A stretch of 64,000 bases of DNA from an uncultured Planctomycetia bacterium (GCA_964634945.1 CAZWMG010000007.1:3488-67487); one strand, 5' to 3'. Shown: positions 10,209 to 18,640, counted from the stretch's first letter. The notes: generated by a model from the sequence alone, not told the origin. Made by a program: numbers and translations.

Positions 10209-12161
10209 TCAGGGTGCGTCTATATCTGCTTTATACTCATTTATTGTATTGCGCAGGAGCCTGCAATATAGATCAAAGCCCACAGCAGCGATATATCCAT
10301 GTTGTTGAGTTCCTAGTATATTCCCCGCTCCCCTTATCTGAAGGTCTTCCATTGCTATCTTAAAACCTGAACCCAGCTCAGTAAAGCGTCCTACGGCCCT
10401 GAGCCTTCTCTTCGCGTCTCCTATAATAGGGTAATTCTTTGGTACCAGGCATATCGCGTAAGCCTTTACATTAAATCTGCCTACCCTGCCCTTAAGCTGA
10501 TAAAGATCCGCTAAACCAAATCTATCCGCGCGATTTATAATAATGGTATTCGCGTTTGGTATGTCTATGCCTGATTCAATAATAGTTGTAGAGACCAATA
10601 CATCTATCTCTCCATTTATAAACTGGAGCATTATCCTCTCAAGCTCCTTAGGAGATATCCTGCCATGCGCAACACAAATACGTACCCTCTCTCCCATAAG
10701 TGCCTTTAGCCTTGATGCGATCTTTTCTATGCCTTTAATCCTATTATTAACAAAGAAAACCTGCCCACCTCTATTAAGTTCGCGCTCTATAGCTTTTTTG
10801 ATCAAATTATCACTATATGAGCTAATAGTAGTCTTTATCGGAATCCTGTCAAGCGGCGCTGTATTGATTGATGACATATCTCTTGCGCCGGTAAGAGACA
10901 TGTATAGTGTGCGAGGTATCGGTGTAGCTGTCATTGTAAGAACATCTATGAGAAGCCTGAGCTTCTTCAGCTTCTCCTTAGCCTTTACACCAAAACGCTG
11001 TTCTTCATCTATGATAACAAGCCCTAGATCTTTAAACGCAATATCATCTGATAAAAGCCTGTGCGTTCCTATTACAATATCTACAGATCCTTCCCGTAGC
11101 TCTTTCAATACCTCTTTTTGCTCTGCCTTTGTTCTAAAACGTGAAAGCATCTGTATATTAACGGGAAACTCACGCATTCTTTGGCAGAAAGTATTGTAAT
11201 GCTGTTCAGCTAATATAGTAGTGGGTACTAATATACCTACCTGCTTATTATCCATTACAGCCTTGAATGCGGCCCTTAAAGCAACCTCTGTCTTACCGTA
11301 ACCTACATCACCACACAATAGCCTATCCATAGGCTTTGCCTTCTCCATGTCAGAGGTTACATCAAAACAAGCGCTTGCCTGATCGATCGTATCCTTGTAA
11401 GGAAAAGACGCTTCCAGCTTGTACTGCCAATCAGTATTTTTTGAGAACGCAAACCCCTTAAGCTTTGTCCTGCTTGCCTGCATCTGAAGCAACTCCATAG
11501 CGTAAGACGCGGCTATCTTTTTAGTCCTCTGCTTTAACTTCTTCCACGCATTTGTTCCCAGCTTACTTAACTTGGGGCTAGACCTATAAAAACTCAAATA
11601 TTTCTGTATAAGATTGATCTCTTCTACGGGCACATACAGCTTATCTTTATCCGCATACTCGATCAGGATATAATTTTTGTAACTGCCGTCCTTCTCCTGT
11701 ATTTTTTTTATGCCTCTATATATCCCTATACCATGATCTATATGCACAACTGAATCGCCAGAGATTATATCAACAAAATTATCTATAGGCACCTCTTCAC
11801 CAACACCATGGAATAGAGTGGACTTGGCTGAAGAATATAATGTTTTTCGCGGAAGTATTATGACCATCTGGTGGGTAGCGGTAACTTCGGCGGTAACCAG
11901 GCTAAAAGACCTTATGGTATCAATTGTATCCTGACAAAGGTCTAATCGCACAGGGGCCTCGAAACCACTGGGAAAGATATCGATAACCCCTCCCCTATGG
12001 GCAAAGTCCCCCTCCCCAGCGACAAAATCTGTTATCTTGTAGCCTAGCCTGGTCAGATCTTTAAGGAGCGGTTCCTTCTCCTGGTTCTGATGGGCATATA
12101 GTTTGATCGATTCAAGCATTGTTCGGGGACGAGTATTAGGGGACGGTCCTAAAGGGGACAC
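10209..12161 (-). CDS. mfd: Transcription-repair coupling factor Mfd, compact form. It lacks the N-terminal D1a and D3 regions and the C-terminal D7 domain.
   Basis: UvrB-homology motif RGGVIDIFPSG, the RNAP-interaction region (HIDHGIGIYRGI) and superfamily 2 translocase motifs (LLCGDVGYGKTEVALRA, DEEQRFG, TRG-like region). It is only 650 aa, against about 1150 for E. coli Mfd. The annotated ATG at 12161 lies inside the terminal inverted repeat of repeat copy A, so the true start is more likely the Met at 12119 (MLESIKLY...). Confidence 0.8.
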   Translation of the reverse strand: MSPLGPSPNTRPRTMLESIKLYAHQNQEKEPLLKDLTRLGYKITDFVAGEGDFAHRGGVIDIFPSGFEAPVRLDLCQDTIDTIRSFSLVTAEVTATHQMVIILPRKTLYSSAKSTLFHGVGEEVPIDNFVDIISGDSVVHIDHGIGIYRGIKKIQEKDGSYKNYILIEYADKDKLYVPVEEINLIQKYLSFYRSSPKLSKLGTNAWKKLKQRTKKIAASYAMELLQMQASRTKLKGFAFSKNTDWQYKLEASFPYKDTIDQASACFDVTSDMEKAKPMDRLLCGDVGYGKTEVALRAAFKAVMDNKQVGILVPTTILAEQHYNTFCQRMREFPVNIQMLSRFRTKAEQKEVLKELREGSVDIVIGTHRLLSDDIAFKDLGLVIIDEEQRFGVKAKEKLKKLRLLIDVLTMTATPIPRTLYMSLTGARDMSSINTAPLDRIPIKTTISSYSDNLIKKAIERELNRGGQVFFVNNRIKGIEKIASRLKALMGERVRICVAHGRISPKELERIMLQFINGEIDVLVSTTIIESGIDIPNANTIIINRADRFGLADLYQLKGRVGRFNVKAYAICLVPKNYPIIGDAKRRLRAVGRFTELGSGFKIAMEDLQIRGAGNILGTQQHGYIAAVGFDLYCRLLRNTINEYKADIDAP

Positions 12162-12300
12162 CCCTACGATTGGATTTTACTGTTTTTTTGCTCTTTTTAA
12201 ACAACAATATCTTGCCTTAAGTAAACATATTAGCAATACATATTCTTATAAAATCTTATAAATTTCCGTGCTTAGGGGTGTCCCCTTTAGGACCGTCCCC
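12139..12300. repeat. MITE-like intergenic element, copy A. It carries full 27-bp terminal inverted repeats: GGGGACGGTCCTAAAGGGGACACCCCT on the left and AGGGGTGTCCCCTTTAGGACCGTCCCC on the right.
   Basis: The near-identical right arm and the GGGGA(C/T)ACCCCT left arm recur at 38969..39132 and 49820..49964. Copies A and C also share internal strings (CTACGATTG..TTTTACTGTTTTT and ATTTCCGTG). Confidence 0.7.
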
Positions 12301-12317
12301 TGAATTAGTCCCCTGAA

Positions 12318-13997
12318 TTACATTTTGTCAGGACAGGAAACCCCTAATAGGGCAAGAGATTGCGAAAAAACAACCTTGAGTGACTCAATAAGAACTAAAC
12401 GAGCAGATGTAAGATCAGCATCATCACTGACTACACGATGTTTTGAATAAAAAACATGAAAAACAGCTGCCAACTCCATAAGATACGATACAAGCCTATA
12501 CGGCTCCAGGCGTTGCGCTGACTCCTCCAATGCTTCAGGAAATTCTCGTAATGTCCTTAGAATATTTAGCTCTTCTTTCGAAGAAAGCATATCCAGGGCT
12601 TTACCTTTACCTTTACCTTTACCCTGTTTATCCTTATGTCCTAATATCCCGCATATTCTTGCGTGCGCGTATTGTATATAATATACGGGGTTTTCCATAG
12701 ACTCTTTCTTGGCAAGCTCAATATCAAAATCGAGATGGCTATCTCTGCGCCTTGTAAGAAAGAAAAATCTTGTTACATCCTTACCTACCTCATCGATCAC
12801 TTCACGTAAGGTTATAAATTCTCCTTCTCTGGTAGACATGCGTACAGGCGTACCTGACCTTGAAAGAGTAACAAGCTGTACTATTAAAACATGGAGCAGA
12901 TTTGCGTCTTTACCAATCGCCTGGCATGCGGCCTTCATACGCGGTATATAACCATGGTGATCCGGGCCCCAGAGGTCAATAAGCATGTCAAAGCCTCTGT
13001 AAAACTTATCCTTATGATACGCGATATCAGGGGTTATATAAGTATAGGTTCCATCGCTCTTACGCAACACCCTATCCTTATCATCGCCAAATCTTGTTGA
13101 TGAGAACCAGAGGGCTCCATCTTTTTCATACAGAAATCCCTTTTCCTCAAGCTCTTTTAAAACCTTCTCTACCTTTCCTGATTCACTAAGCTTGCGTTGA
13201 GAATAATAGCTATCAAACTTCACACTAAAATCTGATAGATCTTTTTTGATGCCATCCATTATACGCTTTGTACCAAAATCGCGAAAAAAAGATAACTTCC
13301 CATCATCGGTTGGAGCGATAGCTGTATTGCTATTTTCTATTATATCCTTCGCGAGGTCACATATATATTCCCCTCTATATCCTGCCTCAGGGAAGGCACA
13401 GGCTTCTCCGGATAATTCACAGTATCTAGCATATATAGATCTTCCAAGAAGCTCAATCTGGTTACCTTCATCATTAAGATAATATTCTCTGACAACCTGG
13501 TAACCGGTGTATTCCAAAATATTAGCGAGGACATCGCCTATAGCAGCCTGCCTTCCGTGCGCTACACTTAAGGGCCCTGTTGGATTAGCGCTGACAAACT
13601 CTAATAAAACTTTTTTATTCTCACCCTGCGCGCTTCGCCCAAAATCAGGCCCATCTGATAATATCTGATTCACAATAGACTGAAGATAACTACTTGAAAA
13701 ATGAAAGTTTACAAAACCCGGTGGCTTCGCCTCAACAGCGCTAATCGTATCTTTCAACTCGGTTTTCTCGATACCTTCCTTTATAAGTTGCGAAAGATTT
13801 TCTGCTATTTCAAGCGGCTTAAGGCCTTTCTTGGTCTTACATATCTGCATAGCCATATTGGTGGATAAGTCCGCAAGTTCTCTTTTTTTAGGCACCTCAA
13901 GCATGATTTCAGGCAGCTCATTTATATCTAACCCGGTTGCTACGGATTTAACAGCGATCCTTATAATACCAATTAGCTGTGATTTGATGTCCAACAC
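12318..13997 (-). CDS. argS: Arginine--tRNA ligase
   Basis: Class I aaRS features (HIGH-like SANPTGPLSVAHGR) and a DALR anticodon-binding C-terminus. It contains an unusual KGKGKGKGK insertion encoded by a (GGTAAA)n microsatellite at about 12595..12625. Confidence 0.9.
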   Translation of the reverse strand: MLDIKSQLIGIIRIAVKSVATGLDINELPEIMLEVPKKRELADLSTNMAMQICKTKKGLKPLEIAENLSQLIKEGIEKTELKDTISAVEAKPPGFVNFHFSSSYLQSIVNQILSDGPDFGRSAQGENKKVLLEFVSANPTGPLSVAHGRQAAIGDVLANILEYTGYQVVREYYLNDEGNQIELLGRSIYARYCELSGEACAFPEAGYRGEYICDLAKDIIENSNTAIAPTDDGKLSFFRDFGTKRIMDGIKKDLSDFSVKFDSYYSQRKLSESGKVEKVLKELEEKGFLYEKDGALWFSSTRFGDDKDRVLRKSDGTYTYITPDIAYHKDKFYRGFDMLIDLWGPDHHGYIPRMKAACQAIGKDANLLHVLIVQLVTLSRSGTPVRMSTREGEFITLREVIDEVGKDVTRFFFLTRRRDSHLDFDIELAKKESMENPVYYIQYAHARICGILGHKDKQGKGKGKGKALDMLSSKEELNILRTLREFPEALEESAQRLEPYRLVSYLMELAAVFHVFYSKHRVVSDDADLTSARLVLIESLKVVFSQSLALLGVSCPDKM

Positions 13998-14059
13998 TCT
14001 TTGCGCCTCCTCTTCCTTGCGATACCGGGAATAAACATAGATTTCCCATACTGCTAAAT

Positions 14060-14101
14060 AGGGACATATCCTATCAATTTAACTGGTTAGGATATGCCCC
14101 T
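14060..14101 (-). terminator. Imperfect 14-bp inverted repeat (AGGGACATATCCTA ... TAGGATATGCCCCT) between the rsfS stop and the argS start. It could be a terminator or an operator.
   Basis: Stem-loop seen directly. On the minus-strand transcript it is followed by a modestly U-rich tract (UAUUUAGC). Confidence 0.3.
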
Positions 14102-14207
14102 ATATAATTCACTAACACGCTACTTTGCTTGCCTCTATCCAAAGGGATCCTGCGCTTATAGCACCACATAATATCCCTATTAACCACACCATCGTACTGT
14201 TTTAGGA

Positions 14208-14565
14208 TTAGGTTCCCACACTTACCTTTACCTGCTTCGCGGTACCCCAAAGTCTCTCTAGATTATAAAAACCGCGTGCATCTTTATGAAAGATGTGAAC
14301 TACTACATCAATATAATCCAGAAGCATCCAATGGTTGTCGACTTTTCCCTACGAGCGATAAAGCTTTATCTTTTGGCGAGCAAGTGAATCCTCTATATAC
14401 CTTGCTATAGCTACTGCCAGTCTGGAAGAACCTGCACTCGCGATAACAAAATAATCACAGAAAGTAGCTACCTTCTGCATATCAAGAATTCTTATATCTT
14501 CGGCCTTCTTTTGTAATGCTAGGTTACCTACGATTAAGGCCTTTTTCTTCGCATCGGTATTGACA
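14208..14565 (-). pseudogene. rsfS: Ribosomal silencing factor RsfS (iojap-like), interrupted by an in-frame TAG at 14349..14351. No in-frame ATG/GTG/TTG start sits before the conserved N-terminus.
   Basis: Hand translation gives ...[103 protein letters not shown]. It is colinear with RsfS over its full length, and the stop codon stays in frame, so this is not a frameshift. Confidence 0.6.
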
Positions 14566-14572
14566 ACCTATG

Positions 14573-14716
14573 CTATTTGCCCATTATCCTATACATGCCT
14601 GTTGTACAATCAGGGCACTTGCCCTTCATAGCTTTTCTGCCATTCTTCATTGTTACTTCCTGCGCGTCCTTCATTTCTTTCTTTGCTTTACATTTAACAC
14701 AATATGCTTCTGCCAT
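14573..14716 (-). CDS. Small zinc-ribbon protein (DUF5679-like), 47 aa: MAEAYCVKCKAKKEMKDAQEVTMKNGRKAMKGKCPDCTTGMYRIMGK
   Basis: Not in the ORF track because it is shorter than 60 aa. It has a strong SD (GAGGAGGAG) 7 nt upstream of the ATG, a CxxC...CxxC zinc ribbon, and a sigma70-like promoter directly upstream. Confidence 0.75.
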   Translation of the reverse strand: MAEAYCVKCKAKKEMKDAQEVTMKNGRKAMKGKCPDCTTGMYRIMGK

Positions 14717-14740
14717 ATCTCCTCCTCTTATTTTTTTGGT

Positions 14741-14769
14741 ATTTTAACATACAGCCATCACTTAGTCAA
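14741..14769 (-). promoter_or_regulatory. Sigma70-type promoter for the DUF5679 gene (and probably the downstream rsfS): TTGACT-N17-TAAAAT
   Basis: Read on the minus strand: TTGACTaagtgatggctgtatgtTAAAAT, followed 24 nt later by the ATG with its SD. Confidence 0.5.
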
Positions 14770-14849
14770 GGCAATTAGCAAAACATTTATAAAAGATTAA
14801 GTCTTATCCGCAGCCATGCATGGGGTTTTAACAAAACGAGCCCGCTTTC

Positions 14850-16745
14850 TCATTCGTAACTAATCGCGATCTGCAGGGTCTCTTTATGCTTGTCAATACT
14901 TTTAGGAAACAGCGGAAATGGCGCCGCGTTTATCACACTCTGTAGACCCAATTCGGATAAATTCTGATCATTACCTCTATAGATCTTTGGGGTCGACGCG
15001 AGCCTGCCATAACGATCTATCTCAAAGGAGATTGTAACCTCACCATAGATAGGGATGCTTGGCCTTCTTTTCTCAACCTCTTCATTTATCATTGATACTA
15101 TAAGATCATGGTATTGATCTGGGGCCATATTGTCTGTATCGATATCTCTGCCTGTGTTTATGTCACCAAAAAATTGATCGATAGCGATATCCTGCGCAAC
15201 TTTGCCAACAGTAAGAAGATTGCTGGGTTCCTGGCCATCAATAATATGAGGAGTAAGGAATATAACCAACTCTGTCTTCTCGGGATTTGTATTATCACCA
15301 CTGCCTATAGTCCTTGAACGAAACAGGTTGCCAAGCAAGGGGATGTCTGCAAGCCCGGGTACTTCTTTTACGTTTTCCCTTATATTCTCTTCTATAAGAC
15401 CTCCTATCAGTACCGTAGCTCCGTTCTTTACCATAACTGTTGTCTCTGTTGTAGTAGTCTTTACTATAGGTATGGTATTCTGACTGCTCTCTATTACAAA
15501 ATCGCCTGTCTTTGAGCTTACTTCCGGCTTTATCTTCATCGTAACAAAATCATCGTCGTTAACAGTCGGTGTCACAATAAGCTGTATCCCTAGATCAATA
15601 AAGGTGACGTTTTCCGCTTCAATGTTTCCGGTTCCACCACTGCCCTGGCTTATTGTACGGGTAGCGTAAGGTTGATTTGTACCGACTAAAATACTTGCCT
15701 CTTCATTATTAATGACAGCTATTCTTGGAGAAGATAACAACTTTGTCTCTCCATACTCTTTTAATGCCTGGACAACAGCCTGATACCCCTCTGTGCTCAA
15801 ATTTCCTATTTGAAGAGCCCCGCCGGAACCGGATGATGTCGTAGTAGGTATAATACTGGCTTGATCCGCGTATTTTAAGCCAACTCCAAGCGTTGCTATC
15901 GCCTTGTTCATATTTGAAAATACCGCATCCCAGTTAATGCCTGTCTTGTAATCGTCATTCAGCGTTATCTGCAATATCTTTGCCTCTATGACAACTTCCT
16001 TGTGCTTCTCATCAAACGCGGTAATAACCTGATCAAAAACAGGTATCTTCTCTGAAAGATCTGTAATAATTACCTTGTTCGTACGCTCGTCTATACGCAG
16101 GCTTCCTACGTTGTCTGTGAGCATCTCACTCAACCTCTCCTTCATCTCATCAACCTTTGCGTACTGCAATGAATAGACCTTGGTCTCTAGCGGGATATCA
16201 AGCCCTTTTATTATCTTCTCCATCTCCGCTACAACCTTTGGAATATCCATAAGCACTACCGTATCAGATGTGTCATCCGCTACAACCCTTCCTATATTAG
16301 TCTTAAACTGAGAGATAGCTTTTGCTATATCCTCTGCTGTAGCATGACGAAGCTTAATAGATTTTACAATGCGCCTGTCCTCATACTTTTTACCATAGGT
16401 TAATTCATAGTCACGCTCTGTCATTACATATATTATATTATTGCGCTTTTCGAATGCGAGGCCATTTGCCGCTATGATTATCTCAAACGCTTCCCAGATA
16501 TCAACATTCTTTAGAAATAGCGTTACCTTACCTGTCACATTCTTGCCCGCAATAATATTAAGATCGCCTCTCATAGATAGGAGTCTAAAGACGTCCAGGA
16601 TGTCCATGCCTTTGATATCAAGTGAAAGCTTCTCTATGGGCTCAGTCGCCATTGAGACGCTCGTCTGCGCAGATAGGCGACTTTGCGGAACAATTATCAA
16701 TGATAAGATCAATATTGCCATTGATATCTTCTTCATTATTTTCAA
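14850..16745 (-). CDS. gspD: Type II secretion system secretin GspD, with a C-terminal extension of about 110 aa that resembles a TonB C-terminal domain
   Basis: Signal peptide, N0/N1-like domains, and a secretin domain ending in ...LFRSRTIGSGDNTNPEKTELVIFLTPHII. The extra tail contains YGEVTISFEIDRYGRLASTPKIYRGNDQNLSELGLQSVINAAPFPLFP, which matches the TonB_C pattern. Confidence 0.85.
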   Translation of the reverse strand: MKIMKKISMAILILSLIIVPQSRLSAQTSVSMATEPIEKLSLDIKGMDILDVFRLLSMRGDLNIIAGKNVTGKVTLFLKNVDIWEAFEIIIAANGLAFEKRNNIIYVMTERDYELTYGKKYEDRRIVKSIKLRHATAEDIAKAISQFKTNIGRVVADDTSDTVVLMDIPKVVAEMEKIIKGLDIPLETKVYSLQYAKVDEMKERLSEMLTDNVGSLRIDERTNKVIITDLSEKIPVFDQVITAFDEKHKEVVIEAKILQITLNDDYKTGINWDAVFSNMNKAIATLGVGLKYADQASIIPTTTSSGSGGALQIGNLSTEGYQAVVQALKEYGETKLLSSPRIAVINNEEASILVGTNQPYATRTISQGSGGTGNIEAENVTFIDLGIQLIVTPTVNDDDFVTMKIKPEVSSKTGDFVIESSQNTIPIVKTTTTETTVMVKNGATVLIGGLIEENIRENVKEVPGLADIPLLGNLFRSRTIGSGDNTNPEKTELVIFLTPHIIDGQEPSNLLTVGKVAQDIAIDQFFGDINTGRDIDTDNMAPDQYHDLIVSMINEEVEKRRPSIPIYGEVTISFEIDRYGRLASTPKIYRGNDQNLSELGLQSVINAAPFPLFPKSIDKHKETLQIAISYE

Positions 16746-16793
16746 CCCCCCGATTTTTTAGTCTTGTAACCTTGAAACTGCTTCGAATGCTTC

Positions 16794-17585
16794 TTACAAT
16801 GAAAGCGTTATGGTCTCATCATCGCTTTCCAGTATTACCCTACCGCTCTGTATCTCTTTAACCCTGATAGTATCAATCATCTCGCCTTCTTTTAAAAATA
16901 GGGTCTGCGCGTTTTTCTTATCCTCTATAATGACCTGCGGATAGTCTCCGGGTATTATACCGACCAGGCTTAAATCCTTTACCAAGTCGCGAAGGCCTGG
17001 CGCTGCTGTATCTTTTTGTTTAATATCATTCCTAATAGGCGGCGCAAAGATAGCCTTCTTACTCAGCAGCTTCTGATAATCCTCAAAGGATGCGCCGGGC
17101 CTCTCATTCTTGGGGGCCGCTTTTTTGCTGGCCCCTTTTTCAACAGGTAAAGGCTTTTCTGATTTAAGTTTTTCAGCCTCTCCTGAGTCAGAAAATGATT
17201 TTATTAGCAGCTTCAGATTTTCCACCTCCTGATCGCCTTTGCCGATCAAGGTATTAAATACAAAATATCCTGATAAAAGAACTGCAGTAATGAATAAACC
17301 AAGAATCATATAATTAATATTTAAAATAGGCTTTAATGGCTGCGGAGCCTCGTGAGCATTCTCTTCGGGATTAAGCCTATTAGCAGCACTCGATGCATTG
17401 TCACCTTGCCGCGGTTTATCGCCTTGGACCGGACCACTATCAGAACTGCGCGCGGATTTCTCTTTCTCGCGTGAAACCGCTTCCACCTTTGGCTCTTCAG
17501 CTTTTGGTTGAACAGGAATAAGGTGGTCCTTTTTTCCCTTTATCAGATGGAGCAGTTTTTCTTCGGGTGAAAATTCATTTGTCAT
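16794..17585 (-). CDS. T2SS assembly protein GspB/ExeB-like (or a GspC-like HR-domain protein). A single TM helix is followed by a periplasmic domain.
   Basis: Cytoplasmic N-terminus, one TM segment (ILGLFITAVLLSGYFVF), a low-complexity linker and a C-terminal beta-domain (LVGIIPGDYPQVIIEDKKNAQTLFLKEGEMIDTIRVKEIQSGRVILESDDETITL). This is the domain type seen in GspC HR / PilP / ExeB periplasmic regions. It lies between exeA and gspD. Confidence 0.5.
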   Translation of the reverse strand: MTNEFSPEEKLLHLIKGKKDHLIPVQPKAEEPKVEAVSREKEKSARSSDSGPVQGDKPRQGDNASSAANRLNPEENAHEAPQPLKPILNINYMILGLFITAVLLSGYFVFNTLIGKGDQEVENLKLLIKSFSDSGEAEKLKSEKPLPVEKGASKKAAPKNERPGASFEDYQKLLSKKAIFAPPIRNDIKQKDTAAPGLRDLVKDLSLVGIIPGDYPQVIIEDKKNAQTLFLKEGEMIDTIRVKEIQSGRVILESDDETITLSL

Positions 17586-17586
17586 A

Positions 17587-18411
17587 TCATCTTACCTCAC
17601 GTGCCATTATCTCTTCGATAAGACTTTCATCAACGATCTTGCTCTCTCTCATAATAAGCATCTCAAGCGCGTCATGACAAAGCATTGATATTTTCCTTGG
17701 ATAACCTTGGGTATGTTCGTATATGTGCCTTATCGCGCTATCTGTAAAAAGCTGTTCACTCTTTATGTAACCTGCCTGTTTTAACCTAAAATTGATAAGC
17801 GCCTTGGTCTCTTGTTCATCAAGTGGATTAATAATATATTTAAGATTTATCCTATCCATGAAATTTTTTATTCTTCGTATCTTTGGAAGCAGCTCTATCT
17901 GCGAGAGTATAACGAGCTGCAATAACTTATACTGATTAGTCTCGTAGTTTAAGAGTGTCCTTAATATCTCAATCTGTGTAGGGGTAAGCTTCTGCCCCTC
18001 ATCAATAAGCAAGACTATTGTTTTGTTCTCGTTAACACCTTTTTGAAACAAGTACTTCTCCAATGCGTCCTTGTAATCAAGCGTTGATCGAAATGCTGGG
18101 CTTACACCAAAGATCTTACCCAAGCTTGATAAAAACTGAAACTCAGTCTTATAGCTAGGATCAAGTATCATATGGAATATAAAATCTGACTCATCGTTAA
18201 AAAGCTGTATCAACATCCTGCTTAAGGTTGTCTTTCCTGTTCCCACATCCCCTAAAATCACATTTAACCCCCTTCGCAGACGTATGGCTATCTCTAATCT
18301 CTTTAATGCCGAGTCATGCGAAGAAGAAGGATAAAAGAACTGTGGATCAGGGCTCGTTGAAAACGGCTCTGATTGCAAATGCAATGCTTCATAATAACTC
18401 ATCTTCACCAA
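17587..18411 (-). CDS. exeA: AAA+ ATPase ExeA/GspA-like. It has only the cytoplasmic ATPase module and no peptidoglycan-binding domain.
   Basis: Walker A GDVGTGKTTL, Walker B LLIDEGQ, an ExeA-family N-terminus (ALHLQSEPFSTSPDPQFFY), and position next to gspD. Confidence 0.7.
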   Translation of the reverse strand: MVKMSYYEALHLQSEPFSTSPDPQFFYPSSSHDSALKRLEIAIRLRRGLNVILGDVGTGKTTLSRMLIQLFNDESDFIFHMILDPSYKTEFQFLSSLGKIFGVSPAFRSTLDYKDALEKYLFQKGVNENKTIVLLIDEGQKLTPTQIEILRTLLNYETNQYKLLQLVILSQIELLPKIRRIKNFMDRINLKYIINPLDEQETKALINFRLKQAGYIKSEQLFTDSAIRHIYEHTQGYPRKISMLCHDALEMLIMRESKIVDESLIEEIMAREVR

Positions 18412-18640
18412 TCCTAATGTTTACAAGTTTTCCTCTTATCTGTTCCAGAGACCTGCCCTCTTTTCGCAGGCCCCTGATGCGCTTTAGCTGCTCAACTGTT
18501 GAATCATCGAAAAATCTAAAATTCGTCTCTATGCCCCTGCTAATCTCCTTTATGAGCTCTATCTTTAGGTAAAACTTTAATGTATCTACAGAATAACCTG
18601 TTACTTGAGCAAGATCTCTTATTAAATATATATTCTTCAA
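18389..18640 (-). CDS. Small MerR-family helix-turn-helix protein, 83 aa. It has an HTH and a short coiled-coil stub but no effector domain.
   Basis: YLIRDLAQVTGYSVDTLKFYLKIELI is a typical MerR N-terminal HTH. It overlaps the exeA start by 23 nt. Confidence 0.5.
   Translation of the reverse strand: MKNIYLIRDLAQVTGYSVDTLKFYLKIELIKEISRGIETNFRFFDDSTVEQLKRIRGLRKEGRSLEQIRGKLVNIRIGEDELL

Noticed and set aside
10543-11199. Plus-strand ORF of 218 aa inside mfd, and other long plus-strand ORFs (20041..20613, 25962..26273, 30169..30561, 36065..36748, 56668..57108)
   Set aside because: All are antisense to strongly supported minus-strand genes (mfd, gspL, gspF, the SSF transporter, Memo-AMMECR1, dapF). 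They have low-complexity Ser/Ile/Leu-rich composition, no SD and no recognisable domains.
12330-12345. CAGGAAACCCCT shared between 12330 (after the argS stop) and 48100 (before the uvrA start)
   Set aside because: It is only a 12-nt match seen twice, with no flanking similarity. It is compatible with chance in 64 kb.
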